DNA of 64,000 nucleotides from Camelus dromedarius. Lineage: Eukaryota. Under the pieces are notes generated by a model. It worked only from the letters and a program-made list of their open reading frames with translations. It was not told where the DNA came from and searched no databases. Location: assembly GCF_036321535.1 (NCBI RefSeq), contig NC_087438.1, positions 6,574,001-6,638,000 of the forward strand, written 5' to 3'. Of this stretch, positions 11,301 through 24,620 are shown piece by piece (the stretch's first letter is position 1; every line of letters starts with the position of its first letter). The translations under genes were made by a program, and so were the position numbers.

Positions 11301-13660
11301 ACGTGAAGTGACGACGCGCTTTGCCAAGTTAAAACCTCAGAAGCATTTTAGGGAATTTAGCACCAGGAAATCAATATGTCCTTGGGGACATTTTATGCTT
11401 GCCTTTAAAATGTGCATTTTAATCTCCATGTTAGTACTTTTCTTGACCCCGCTTGTACTTAAAATTCCCATCAACCACGTCTTAGGCCTATAGACATGAC
11501 GCTATTTCATAAGGGTGCTAAGCCTCATAATCTGAATCCAGGGCTTCACAGAAAGGTTTGTCTAACTCCAGTGAAGAGGGCAAAACAGTGATGAGACGAT
11601 AAGGTCACCTGACAGCAGAACACAGACCTGTCCTTACTTTGGAATATTTTTTTTCGAACTATACACTCAAGTATTCAAGTAAGACATTCTTGTCACATCA
11701 GGTTTCTCAACCACGTTCTCTCTCTTGGACCAGCAGCCAGCCAGCATCTCAGCACAGTGCTAAAGTCAAACCTGTCTCTCTCATATTTCATCGGAGAAAC
11801 TACAGTCTAATTATGGACTGTCTTATCAATGCAGCCGTCACTGTGAACACCAGGGAAATTAAACCATAAACAGAAGCCCTCATTCACATGGAAAGCTGAT
11901 AGCATTGCGGGAAGAGGTGATAAGACCCATTATTACACTTGGAACAAAACATCTTGCCCTGCTGGCCGTTTACTTCTGCTCGTGCTTCAGATGGCACTGG
12001 GAAGACGGGACATGGCTATTCATTACTTGCTGACAATTGCTCAGGTCGTGCCCCCTTTCCAAATAGTGTAAAAGGAGCTATAAATCAGAAAAGTGGCATG
12101 AAATTTGGGTGACAGCTGCTCTTCTCAAAGACTCCTAAGGTAAATCACCAAAGTGTAACTTGAGACAATAGCATGGTCTTTACCCACATTCCTTGATGGA
12201 GATTGAACTCCATACCCAATTCAAATTCAGTCTCTCTTGTTTTCATACTCTGGGGGACACTGGGGTCTTTCAAGAGAATCTAAAAGATGCAAATCAATCA
12301 TAACCATCCTGAGATGAGAAAGGGGAGGGTCAAAAATGGCCCAGGTATCAAGATTTCCCTCTGCTGTGAACCTTGGAAGTCAACGTCCTCAGCGTCTTCT
12401 TCACTCAGCCAAGGATGGCAGGCAGGAGCTCCCCTTGGCACATAAGGCACCTGACAAGGTGCGGACAGCAAGTAACGATGCTGGTTCTATCCAAACAACA
12501 GAGTAGACGGAAAAAGATAATAGTCATGATGGAAAGCTGAATCACTGAATGGTTTTAGCCCTACACCCAGCCCTTCCTCCATCAAAGGGTAAACTGTCAA
12601 TGGAAACAGACTCTTCCCCCTCGTTTCCTTGTTTTCTCTTTCCCACCAGCATTTTCCCTGTGTGTCAGCCCTAAGCCCACATGGGCTCTCCTGCACTCCC
12701 CCCGGCGATGAGAGACCTTTAAAGAAAGGAATGACAGAGACATCACAACGCCATGAGCTTTCCTCCCTCAAGGACGTTCACTTCGGAGACTGTCACTGCT
12801 CAGAAGACATCTTCATTCCTGCTGAAATCACCAGAGGGGCCCCCTTCTCCTCAATGTCCATTTGCTTTGACATGCACACACGGCCATCCAGGAGCCACGT
12901 GCTCCCCAGAGCAAGAAGTTGTGCAGGATGCCAGAGCCATCCTTGGCTCAACAACCGACAGCAGCTTGGGGAGAAACCAGTGTTGAATCTGAGCCAGCGT
13001 TCCACCGTCCTGGCCGACACACCACCTCACGAGCAGAAAGCAGAAAACACGCCACCCGGATTATCCCAGATTCTTGCCCCCGAGTTCTCCCACCAGGGCA
13101 CAGAGCCTGGCACTGTGTTTCCGAAGGAGGTTTCACAGCCTCGTTGAGAGAGGAGTCACAGTGGGCTCCCACAAACAAGGCCACGTTCTCTAACCCAGAC
13201 CAAATGAAACTTTCTTTTACCTTCCAGCCACACTCTCCCTAAACAAAATGAAAAGAGAGAGACTGGAGGTGCAAATAACCATTGCCATCACTTGTCATTA
13301 CTTGTGCCTCGCCCTCACCCAGCTGGTAATTCAAGGTGCTATTTATTACAAAAGCCCTAGAATCACTGTCTCCTCCAAGTCAAAGCAGAGGCACTGAAGT
13401 CCAGAGATGATGACCATCCGAAGGGCAGGCAGGAAAGCTTCCAAAGAGGTCTGATTCCGTCAGGAAGAAGCAACGCCCTGAGAGCTGCTTCGGAGCCTGC
13501 AGCCACCACGGATGTGATAGACAGAAAAATCCTGCTTCCTTACCAAGAGCTTAAACATCTACTTTGTACCTGCGAGATTCAGAATACAAATGGAGTTGGG
13601 TAACTCCAGAGATTACTTCTTTCAAATGGTAACTGGTATTCATGAAAGAAAAGGAAAATA

Positions 13661-13971
13661 CAGCAACCTCACTATTCACGGATTGCATATTTACAGATTC
13701 CATATTTGCGAATCTGCCTACTGGCTAAAGCTTATTTGTAACTCCAAAATGGTCCGCTGGTTGTGAGTTCAAAGCTAATGAATCAACCATATATTAAATA
13801 AAGTGTCATTAAACACAAACATGCATAAAGTGAGGTTCTTCATTGATGGGCTGATGAAGATGTTGAGCCCAGAAGCTCACAGGAGCCTAGCGCTCTGTGC
13901 CCTCTAGGAGCAATGGTTCAGTACCGCTAATTCAAGATTCAGGATGAACTTACAGAGCATGAGGACCACGA
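13661..13971 (+). mobile_element. MER82-like TcMar-Tigger DNA transposon, internally deleted
   Basis: Begins TA|CAG; TTCCATATTTGCGAATCTGCCTACT..TTATTTGTAACTCCAAAAT joins directly to GTGAGTTCAAAGCTAATGAATCAAC..CTAGGAGCAATGGTTCAGTA, matching both ends of the MER82 consensus as recalled. Confidence 0.8.
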
Positions 13972-16900
13972 GTCCCCCATGAAGATGACCATAAACACCA
14001 AAGGGCACCAGCAGCAGGTAGAATACTCTAACAAAGCCCCAGTCCCGCACTGGGCCTGTCGGACGCTGGCGGATGTGAAGGCAGGTGGAAGGAGCGTGTG
14101 AGTGGAGTGCACAGCACACGAACGAGGGACCACCTCGATGGAGGGGGATCAGGGCTCAGGCAGTAGAAACTCAAAAGACGCAAGCCACATGACTGTTCCT
14201 GAAAAGCAAAATATTGGCCTTCTGGCTTCCAAGGAGCACGGAACTCATCGTGCTGGCAGCAAGATGCGGGAGGCCCCGGTGCCTGGCTGTCTGGCATTAA
14301 CCACCATGGGCAGGAGCCCTTTCTGAAGTCATCCTAGAGCGAAAATTAGACCCCTCGGAAACAGATCTGGACAATGTGGGCATTAGGGATGACAGACCGG
14401 TGGCCAAGGTCACTTTCTTGCCGAGTGGGGACTCCGGCTCTGGCTGGCAGGCCTCTTTAGAGCTCTCATTACATAATGTAAACCAGATCCCCGTCTCCCG
14501 CGGCAGACAGTGGCCCGCGCTCCCTCGATCTAAGGGATGATTACTGTCCTAAAGAGCTGATTGTGTCTCATTACACTTGAGAGAATATAATCCTGACAAC
14601 CTGGGCTATTAACGTGCACTTTCAAACACGCCACACTGGCCTTTGACACAGTCCCATCTGTCACGTGTCAGACAGCAAAGTGTGTTCTTGCTGCACCACG
14701 TGTAGAGGAGAACGTACACCGTACAGAATGGCAAGCGTTGTTTTTTCCCTAGTCCAGGAAAGTCTTAATTCCACTGAGACACTTGTAGTGCACTGAGATC
14801 TTTAACATTAAAAAACAAAAGAAGCAACACAATCCGTGAAGGCCATAAAATAAAAAGGCCCAAAGACATTACCTTCTTGCTCCCTTACAGCTTTATAGGC
14901 CTTCTCCTCTAGAAACTTCTGCCCTGTTATTATAGTATTAAGAATCATAATGACTACCTTTTGGAATAGGATTGACTTCCTTTTAAACTACATTCCTTCT
15001 TCTGTAATAAAAGAAAAAGAAAGGAAATTAAGCATCTTTCCTCATCTCCACCTCTACACTGGGAGCTGTCAATAAAAAGACTGTGAAAACACCAGAAAAG
15101 GCTCCCATGAGTCCTCAGACTAAGAGAACACAAAGAAAGAAAGCAAAGGTCATACTATCTCCCACGTCCAGAAAGGGTACTTTCAACTATGATCACAAAA
15201 ATGTAAGTTGGCAGGCTCCACAAACACATTCATAAAGAAAATCAGAACAATCTATAAATGATAAATCAAGCCCAAGAATTACGGCTCTGAGTCCGGTACC
15301 AGAGTTTGTATTTCACCAGCATCAGACAGGGCTTTATCTCGCCTGTACCCCAGGCGATGAGTACTGCAAACTAACCACCCCTCTCAAGGAGTTCCCCGGT
15401 TACTTAGCATCTCGTCAGCTTAGTTCTTGACAAAGCATCAAGTCTGGGAGGCAGTGTGCCAGCGCGAACAGGCCAGGACAGGAAACGGGTTTCAAACTGA
15501 GATCAAGCAATCCTGTAATAAGAAATTGTGAGAATTTTTTTTTTTTTGGATGACTATTCCATCTGGCTTTTCAGCCAAACCTGGCTCTAAAAATTCCACG
15601 ATCTCTCCAAATACTAGATGCTAAAAATAAGGACATGTGTATATATGTTAACTGAGAGTTTTAAAGAGATCCAGGGGCAACATGAAAGGAAGGCTTAAGC
15701 ACCATTAAAATGTCGAGCTAAAGGCACAGAAGTGGTGGATATTTCACTAAAACTTTCAGAAGACCCTTCTGGGAAGGGAGAGTGAGTCAGCAGGGGACAC
15801 ATTATCTGGAGAGCCTCAAATGCGCAAAGCACTGAGGGAAAAACATGATCAAAAGTTTGAAGACAACCAGAGAAGGTGCTTAGAAAGAATCTGTCTGCTA
15901 ATGACAGCAGGAGCCAGCTCTTTGTTCCCAAGAAGCCAGCAGTGACAGGACTTCGAATGGGGCATAAATTCAAATAGAAGTAAATCTTTCTGGGTTCCCT
16001 GCAGAATTTCCACTCACCAGCTTCATCTTTCAGCAGGGTTCGAGTTCCCTGTTACCCAGTTCAACAAAGAACTGCTCTGTCCCCAGCCCGGCCAGGGAGG
16101 GAATTATCTGTCATGGCCACACTGTGCCTTCCTGGGCAGTTTAATCTCTCTGCTACAACCCACTGCGAAGAATTGCTTCTGTAAAGACAGGTGTCAGGCC
16201 CTGGGTTTTGGCTGGGGAACAGGGCAGGGTAATCGGAAGCGGAGAACAAAACAACAAAATGAGACAATGAAAAATGCCAACTTTCAAGAGAATTCAAGGC
16301 GAACACAGAGAAAAGGAAAGAAAAGAGGAAGACGGCTGGTGAGCGGGCAGAGCACGATGAGGGCCACCTGTGACTTTGGGCACTAACAGAAAGCAGATGT
16401 GTCTGCGGCCTTGGCCTCCAGTCCCTCTAGCCCGGTCCTGATGCAGCCGAACTGTACCCCAAACCACAAAAGGGCTGGAGGAGAGACGGAGAACTAAGTT
16501 GGTCCAGCTGCAATAACAAACCAGAAGGGTCGAACCACCAAAGCTTTTAAAAATAAACATGGTGATTCAAAGCGAGGGGGAAACCCAGCGCTGGGGGAAC
16601 TTCAAGCAGCACTGGACCTCACCAGACCTCGGTTTAAAAACCATTTAGAACTGCCTTTCCATAAGGTGTTTAAATGACAACAGAGAGGCCTGCTCACGGC
16701 AAAGAGAATAGGGTCCAACAGAGGAGTCCTCAGAAGGGCCTGCCCAGACTACAGAGGGACCCGGCTCGCCTTTCATCACCCCGTGCAAATTTCCTTCGTC
16801 CTGAACAGGCCTCCAGGGCCCCAGGACGCTGGAAGCTTCCAGAGTCTTCATACAGTTACCCCCTGAATTTTCTAAATCAATCCTAGCAAATTAACCAAAC

Positions 16901-18470
16901 AATGCACCTATTTCGGAGCTTTGGGGAAATAACTGGTCTCCCTGTCTGTGCTAAAAACCTGCTGTTTCTAAGCTCAGTTCCTGAAAGGACTAACGGTGAC
17001 CCAGGACTTCCCAAGTTGCTTAAAAAGAAGCCAGAACATGTCACGCACCCACAGTGGCTGTGTATGAGTCTACAGCCAGCGCTCTGTTCTTCAAGGAAAG
17101 TTGGGAAAAGGCTCCCCAGAGGACTAGAAAAGGCACAGTGACCCTAGTTCAAATCCTGCCCCTACTTCCTACCTGGGCAACACGGACCTGTTTTCGTAGG
17201 GGTTTTTGTTTGTTGATTTTGTTTTGTTTTTTAACTTTCCTGGGTTGTTTCCCATGTAAAAGTAGATTAAGAACAGCAATCAGGTTATAGGAAAGTTATG
17301 AGCTTTCAGAACTCTGCGTGCCAAGTTCCTAGCTCAACATTAGTGTTCAATCTTTTTGTTATTGTAACAAAAGGAATTGTCCCTTAAACCCAAAAGGTGG
17401 CGGTCTAAAGGGTTAGGGTTAATCTATCCTATGAGCCGGTACCTACCAGAACTTCACCTTCCTGGGCCTTGCTGCTTAATCTATAAAATGAATTTGGTGT
17501 GTTTGGATTATTGTCTTTAGCGCCAGTCTCAGGCCTGGAAAATCTAGTTGTCTGGGAATTTGGGTTCTTCCTCTCCGTTGCATAATTGCAAAGACTCATT
17601 CTGTGCCTATCGCGACACTTTTTTCTCCTACCGACTCTTCCAGGAAAAGAAAAAAAAAAAACTAAACTAGGAAACAGCAATTTGATGCCCTCTAGCATGT
17701 AAAGATGTTCTGAGAGGGTCACAGAACAAGTTTTTGATATGAAGTACAAAAGGAAAAGGAAATTTATTCTCTATAAATCAGCGTTTCTCCTTTCATATGA
17801 GAATGGGGAGGAGCAGTTATGTGTCACCATCTGTAAAGGTCCCAAAAGCTGGTGACAGATACGTCTCATTTTTTGCCTTAGTGATGATAATTTTGTTCTA
17901 AATCTTAAAATCAGCTATCTTCTAAAAAAAAATGATCAGATCATCTCCTGGTCTTTCTCAATGTTTCAGGATAATGTAGGAAGTATAAACCTGAAGTAAC
18001 TGCCTGAAACTCAGAAGAGCATCTGCCAAGGATACACTTTCCTCAAATGTTACGCTGCTCCTCTGTGTAAGGATATCAGTAATAAGCCAGTTAATGAGAT
18101 ACGGACGGCAGGCTCGCATCCAGCGTGCAGATTCAGGCAGCTAATGCTCAGATTGCCCATCAGTCCATAGACGGCGGCTACAAACTGCTCCAAGCCTGCA
18201 TGAGGAGTCCACAGGCTCAAGCTCTGGGATGGACCACGGAAAGTGTCCACAAAGGGCTGGATCTCCATGTTTAAAGTCAAGTTCTCTGTGAAACATATCA
18301 CAAGAAGTTTGAATTGCTGTGAGTGGCATTGCCACCTCCATGGAGCATGTCTGAGCATCAGTATTTGGGGGACCTGATGACAGCTAACAGGCAGACAGGT
18401 ACAGGAAGCCGAGGGGCTCGAGCAGGGAGTCCAAAGGAGGACAGATTTTACAGTTGGATTTGCACCCATT

Positions 18471-18833
18471 TGTGTTAGCATAACAAGGGCGAGGCACCGC
18501 AGGCTGGGTGGTGTGAGCAACAGCATTTGTTTCTTACAGTTACAGAGGCTAGAAACCCTAACTCAGGGTGTCGGCCAATCCAGTCCCCTGTAAGGGCTCT
18601 CCTTCTGACTTGCAGACGGCCACCTTCTTGCTGTGTCCTTAGACGGCACAGAGAGAGAAGCCAACTCTCTGCTGTCTCCTCGTACAAGGGCACTAATCCC
18701 CTCATGGGTGTCCTACCCCATGACTTCTTCTCACCCTAATTACCTCCCAAAGGCCCTATCTGCAAATAATATCACATTAGGAGTTAGGATACCAACATAC
18801 GGTTTGGGGGGGGACACAATTGAGTCCTTAGCA
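18471..18833 (-). mobile_element. MLT1A/B-type solo LTR (ERVL-MaLR)
   Basis: TG..CA termini; diagnostic TTGCAGACGGCCACCTTCTTGCTGTGTCCT, AAGGGCACTAATCCC and CTAATTACCTCCCAAAGGCCC. Confidence 0.85.
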
Positions 18834-20427
18834 ATAAGTACGAAAGTATTTTTTAAAAGCATGTTTATGAGTTAATTTACATTCATGATTGGTATGCTTA
18901 AATCTGATTTCTGTCCGTCTTCTGCTAAAAAATCTAAAAATGCATGTTATAAAATACAGTATTCAAGACATCCACGTAGGAAAATTTTGTTGATTACTCA
19001 AAGCTAAATGTTTTCAATCACTTCTTAATTTGGGGAGGAAAATGGGGAAAATGTTTTCCTCATCTTGACATGTTTAACAATTTGAAACAGAACCAAATGT
19101 TCCAAGTTTACATTTTCTAGCTCCCAGAAATCATGGAATTCCTTATTTCATAGAATTCATTCTTCTCCTGTCATTGAAAGTGTACAATACAATCAAATGA
19201 AAATAAATACTATATTAAAGCCATGTATTCTTCTACTGATAAGAAACTGATAAGCCTTTGTCAATGTGTTTTGAAAAATTTTACATGATTTGTTGCCTTC
19301 AGACTTTAATGTGGTTGGTTATCTATTATCTTTTCTGTGCTTCTTGTAGCGAGTAAGCTTCCAATTATTCCCTCTGTTGGTGTCTTAGATGTTCCTAAAC
19401 CTTGCTGAACAAGAAGCACATGGCTTCTCTTGGGACCTAACCCCAAAGATGGCTAAGTAAACTCAATACTGACAGTCTCACTATAATTTATATCATTTGT
19501 GCAAATGCTTATTTTCTTAGTCACAGGCTTCGCCCTGAATTTACATTAGAGATTTCCTAGCACAGAAATCATATTTAAAAGCTCTGGTGCAAAGACCAGG
19601 TAGAGAGCTATCTGGGCAAAGCAGGAGGTCAGCGAATGGTGGGAAGGCTGACTCACAGGTATTAATCCAAGACTTGGTTTCACTCTCCTGGAGGTTCATA
19701 CAGAGGCTGCTCACTGAATTTTCCAGAGTGTCCCAGCGGCATGGGAGAACCAACGTTTATTACCTATGGCGAAACTAAAGCAATGACCAAGCTCTAGCTC
19801 CGTTGGCACCAGACACAAATGCCGTTAGCACTAGCGTCAGCTACCTGAAGCCTCAGCCTGGGCCCGTTGTTAAGGATGAAGCAAGGTCTCTAACTGGAAA
19901 TTGAGAAGGCAGTTCTTTGCTGTCCAGTACTGGTGGCTCCAACAATAGAAAGGCATGGAGAATAACAATTTTCCAAGTAAATGTCCACAGTCACCTGTTT
20001 GTATACCACAGAATCAAAGCGAGGGTCATAAACACCTGCTCAAAAACAACACCTCATTATCATTCTCTCACATCTTGCTGCCTCCCTTCCCTGAAAGATG
20101 CACCTTTAGAAATGGTGTAATTAGAGATACTTAACAACTCAGCTCTACGTGGAGGAAACAGTGGTGGCACAGCCCTTCAGAGACCACCAAGTGAGAGGCA
20201 TGCAACCAATTTTTTTTTTAATTTATCAAAGAATATGTGCAGTCTAAATAGTTTGGTGTGCTCCCACACACCTCCATACATGCTTGGCATTTGCCACTCT
20301 GTGTGCCTAAAAAGGGACTTTCATTCTATCCTATAAACTCTAAGTTAGTCTTTCTAACTAGGAAATCAGGGACCAAAGAGATACCAGGACTACGACACTT
20401 CTTAAAAGATAAAAAACACAAATGTCT

Positions 20428-20855
20428 TAGATGGTCTTAGAGATGCTCATACTAAGTGAAGTCAGTCAGACGGAGAAGGACAAGTAGCACGTGGTATCAC
20501 ATACATGGAATCTAAAAAACAATGATAGGAATGAACTTATTTACAAAATGGGAACAGACTCACAGACACAGGAAGCAAACTTATGGTTACCAAAGGGGAA
20601 AGGATGGGTTGGGATAAATTAGGAGTTTGGGATTAATGGATACACACTACTATATACAAAATAGATAAACAACAGGTCCTACTGTAGAGCACAGGGAGCC
20701 ATATTCAATATCTATAATATCAATAACTATAATGAAAAAGAATCTAAAAAATAATATATATATATATATATAAAAAAAACTGAAACACTTTGCTGTACAC
20801 CAGAAATTAACACAACATTGTAAATCAATATTTCAATTAAAAAATGAATAAATAG
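20428..20855 (+). mobile_element. 5'-truncated L1 3' end with perfect 15-bp TSD
   Basis: ATACTAAGTGAAGTCAGTCAGAC..GAACTTATTTACAAA..GGGATAAATTAGGAGTTTGGGATTAA..ACAACATTGTAAATCAA; internal (TA)n near 20754-20772; TSD AAAACACAAATGTCT at 20413-20427 and 20856-20870. Confidence 0.93.
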
Positions 20856-21959
20856 AAAACACAAATGTCTCTATCATTGCCCTATATATTTCCATTGTTA
20901 TGATGGCTGCATTGCTAAATGCAATCTTGGCTAAAAGAATGGAAGCTGCTACAACCAGCTGTGATCCCAGACTCCCCCCAACTGTAGCGCTGGGAGCGTC
21001 CATATCCCAAACCTGAGCTAAATAGATGCCAAGTCTTCCCAAAACTCAGGGTGCACCTATGTCTCAGCTCTCACAAAGACTCAGGTTGTGGGAGAACGCT
21101 CTTCATTTACTTCAAATAAGAAATCCTTATTTGGGAAAGACATGACCTGAACAAAGCAGACAAATGATTCTCAAGTGCAAAGCAAGGCTTCTGACACAAC
21201 CAGCACGAAGCCAAAGTTCACCAAAACAATCAGAAAGAGAGGGGAGATGGTGATAAACTGAATTTGAAAGAGTTGCTTTAGATCCAGAAGAAAACAAAGC
21301 CACACAAAAATGTACCGTATCACCTCAATAGTAAAGGCTGTCAACAGCCTCTGGGAAGGATAGGAGGTCAGGACCATATTGTCAGTCATTAAGCACAATT
21401 TTCCTGGCAACTTCATTTGTTTGTTTGTTTTAAACTCGGTCACTTGCAATCATTCTATGAAGAAAACATTCTTTATTTTGCGTAGGAAGAAAACATAGTG
21501 GAGCCGGTACAAAAATAAAGCAGCCAGCATCTAAACCATAAAAAAAAAAAAAAGAAAGAAAAAATCTCGGGCTAAAAATGGATACTCTCATTTCGTCTAT
21601 GAAATTATAGGTTTGGCAGGTGCTCCAGGCCACCAAGGCCGCCGCTGCCAGGGCGACCCCTCTCTGTCCCAAAGCAGCCAGCTCCCCTCCAGCGGAGCCA
21701 CGGAACAGGAAACGGCAGAGTGTGCTTAATATGCAGGTAGTAGGTGCCGAGACCCCCAGATTCGTTCCAAACCAGCAGATGTAACAATCAAACCTAGACT
21801 GGAGCATGTTCCCCACACAGCAGTGACCGTTACCCGCTGGAAGTGTTTTTCACTGTTTTGTGACTTTGGGGCAATGTTATCTATGTTGTGGTTACTGGCT
21901 GAGAAGCCACACTCTGAAGGCAAATCCAGAAGAGTCTTTTAAAATCAGTGATGCTATAG

Positions 21960-22174
21960 CAGATTTCCTCCACACTGGGAGTACTGATATTTGGGGCCAA
22001 TAATTCCGTTGTGGGGGCCAACCTGTACATTTGGGGTGACTGGCAACATCCCTGGCCTCTCCTCTCTAGAGGCCAGTAGCATCCAGCACTGTCCCCCAGC
22101 TGTGAAAACAAAAGTGTCTTTAGACATTGCCAGATGTCCCCTGGAGAGTAAAATCACCGGGCTGAGAGCCTCAG
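21960..22174 (-). mobile_element. MER20 (hAT-Charlie), near full length
   Basis: CATCCCTGGCCTCT..TGTCTTTAGACATTGCCAGATGTCCCCTGG..AAAATCACC; about 215 bp. Confidence 0.85.
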
Positions 22175-23034
22175 CACTGGAGCCACGGGATGGCCGAGCT
22201 TTCAGATGCAGGCGCTGAACAGGACGGGCTAAATCTATCTGCTGCTCTAGAACTATCTTTAGCAGGAGCTAGACAATATCTAAGTTCCCATTTCTTATAA
22301 AGAATATGCATATATTTCCATCTGCTTAGAAAACTTCTGGAAAAAAAAACATAAGAGACTTAATCGTGCTTGTCTCCGAGGAGGCGGCTCTTATTTGCAT
22401 CTTGTGGACTGCTTTTCAAACATTTAAAAAATAACTTAAATAATTTTTTGTTATTTTAAATTCTAGTGTTTGATTTTTTTTTTAAAAAAATGAGGGGATT
22501 TTTCTTTTATTTTTTAAGTCAAATTACAACTTAAATGGGGCTCTCTGACCCACTTGAACCTCAAAGCCTCAGCTAGGGGAGCTGCGCCCAGGGCACCAGC
22601 ATATGAGTGCTGGCCTCTGTCGGCCCTGGCACTGCAGCTCGCTGGCCGTCACCACCCCCTCTGAGTGGAAATGGGGAGAAAATGTGGGAAAGTGCCACAA
22701 GGGCCCCCAGTGACTGCTGGCTGTGCGGCAGCTTCGCCCTCGAACAAGATCATCACGACGAATGGACTCGGGCCTCCTTCCAAACGGATGCTGGTGGCCG
22801 GTGCTACCCGCTGGTGACTGCAGGTTGGCCGCACCACATCTCCACAGAGCAGTGTGTGTGTAGCCGGGGGTGGGGGGGTCCATGTGGCACGGGTCTCCCA
22901 GCATCACCCGAAGCCTCTCACCGCATCATTCGTTTCAGGAGTCCCAGTTCCGTCATCTGAACGCACTCGAAGGCTGGATGACAGGCGGCCACTTAGTTCT
23001 GGGTTCTGGCTGCCCACCTGAAGCCCTAAGGAAA

Positions 23035-23135
23035 CAGCACGCAGGGTCCCAGGCCCATTCCGGACTCACTGAAGCAGCACCCCTAGGTGCGCGGCCCCAG
23101 GGTCTGTTTCAACAGGTTACCCGGTGACTCCTAGG
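23035..23135. mobile_element. Possible MER5-family (hAT) fragment
   Basis: CCCAGGCCCATTCCGGACTCACTGAAGCAG..TTTCAACAGGTTACCCGGTGACTCCTA loosely resembles the MER5A core. Confidence 0.4.
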
Positions 23136-24039
23136 AAATTTTCTGCTTATTTGTGAAATTTTTTTGATTTTTCAGGTTAATATCAGAATCTTACGAAAAA
23201 TACAATAACTTTCCCAAGAGCTGAAATCTAAAGATTTTCCCCCAAAGTCTCCATGTATCAATCTTGAAACAGGTGGGAGAAATTTCTTCATCATTCCTCA
23301 GAAAAGTGTTTCCATCGCCCCCAGTGAGAGAAGGTCATGTATCAGTCACAGTGCTCTGGGCTGCTGCCTGGAGATATTTAATTACACCGTTCTGGGTCCT
23401 AGTCACTGTCCAAAGTGCCAAGGTGACACCTGACAGGCCCCAGAAGCATGAATAAGAGTGTGGAAGGCACTAACATGGAGAAGCAAGAACAGAACAACTT
23501 TCGTGAGCAGCTCCATGTGGCGAAGTTTAGAGACCCTGGCAGGGAATGTGGAGATGAGATCACACGTTAAAGTGATGCTCAGCTGTGGACCAGAAGTTTC
23601 CTTCAGCTTGACTAAACTTAGGCACATTTCTTCCTGACTCTGGGACCCTGACTTCCCTTTTCTTGTAGCATTCACTTTACAAAACTGACCACTGTCCATT
23701 CTTCCTCTGCCCCTCTGAGATACAAATCTTCTCCCAGACTCTTGCCAGTTTTACAACCCAGGATTGTTTGTCTCGAGGACCCAGGAACCATCCTGTTGAA
23801 ATGTGATCCTCAGGGAAGATGGGGCCCATCTCTGTGGGAGGGTGGGACCATAACTGACGGGTGCCAATCAGCAAGCACAGGTGGCCTCATCACACCAGCC
23901 CACACCTCCCCATGCCCTCCAGTACTTCTCCACGAGCTCACCCCCACAATTTCAAGCTCCTCCACTTTTCATTTCAGTGGGTGTGAGCTCAATCTCTCTC
24001 TTCTGTTGCAATTGTTACGACCTCTAGTGCAATAGTCTT

Positions 24040-24158
24040 TTTTGTTTTGGAGGGAAGTAATTCGGTGTCTGTTTATTTGTATCAGAGGTCCTGGGGGTTG
24101 AATCCACAACCTCGTGCGTGCTAAGCACATGCTCTACCACTGGGCTATACCTTCCCCC
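24040..24158 (-). mobile_element. tRNA-Ala-derived SINE, camelid Vic-1 type, with TSD
   Basis: Minus strand reads GGGGGAAGGTATAGCCCAGTGGTAGAGCATGTGCTTAGCACGCACGAGGTTGTGGATTCAACCCCCAGGACCTC..AATTACTTCCCTCC plus A-tail. A-box, degenerate B-box and AGC anticodon arm are present. TSD TGCAATAGTCTT (24028-24039) / TGTAATAGTCTT (24159-24170). Confidence 0.88.
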
Positions 24159-24279
24159 TGTAATAGTCTTGAATAATGTCTTCCATACCTAACATCTAAA
24201 TTCTCCCATGCAATTTTTCTTTGACATTATCGAAGGGACCTGCATACAAGGAAAGTCTGTTTCTTACTTTATTTCAAGA

Positions 24280-24620
24280 GCAATGTGAATGCAGTGAGGT
24301 CTCAGAGCTCGGGTGCAAAGCTCTGAGTGTGGCTGTGTACAGGGGAAATCAGGGTAATAGTGGGAGGCCATGTGGAAGCAGGGGGCAAGCCAGTCAAAGG
24401 AAAAGGAGTCATGAGGCCAGGGAAAGAATTATGCTCAATCTATCCATGTAGTTGAAGAGAACAGAAAAGAAGGGCTAGAATATTTGGGGGCTGGAGTTGT
24501 TTATGAGATGGAATTTGGCAGCTATTAGGAAAGGATTGTGAAAACAAGGGGGACAGAATTTAGAATGATTCTGAGATTTTTAGTTTGAGAAGCCAGGTAA
24601 ATGTATTTATATACAAAGAT
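24280..24620 (-). mobile_element. L2 fragment
   Basis: GGAATTTGGCAGCT..AGAATTTAGAATGATTCTGAGATTTTTAGTTTGAGAAGCCAGGTAAATG resembles antisense L2. Confidence 0.5.

Noticed and set aside
12629..13147. 172-aa + strand ORF
   Set aside because: Non-ATG start, no recognisable motif, no supporting splice structure, and antisense to the inferred host gene.
17409..17421. AGGGTTAGGGTTA telomere-like sequence
   Set aside because: Only about two units, which is expected by chance.
17447..17636. Possible minus-strand exon (donor CTG|GTAGGT; long T tract upstream; open frame MSLCNYATERK..)
   Set aside because: The acceptor is ambiguous: the first AG after the tract is in a poor GGAAG context, with several competing AGs. 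The peptide is unrecognisable.
24085..24158. tRNA-Ala(AGC) gene
   Set aside because: Degenerate B-box and acceptor stem, plus SINE body, A-tail and TSD; it is a SINE head.
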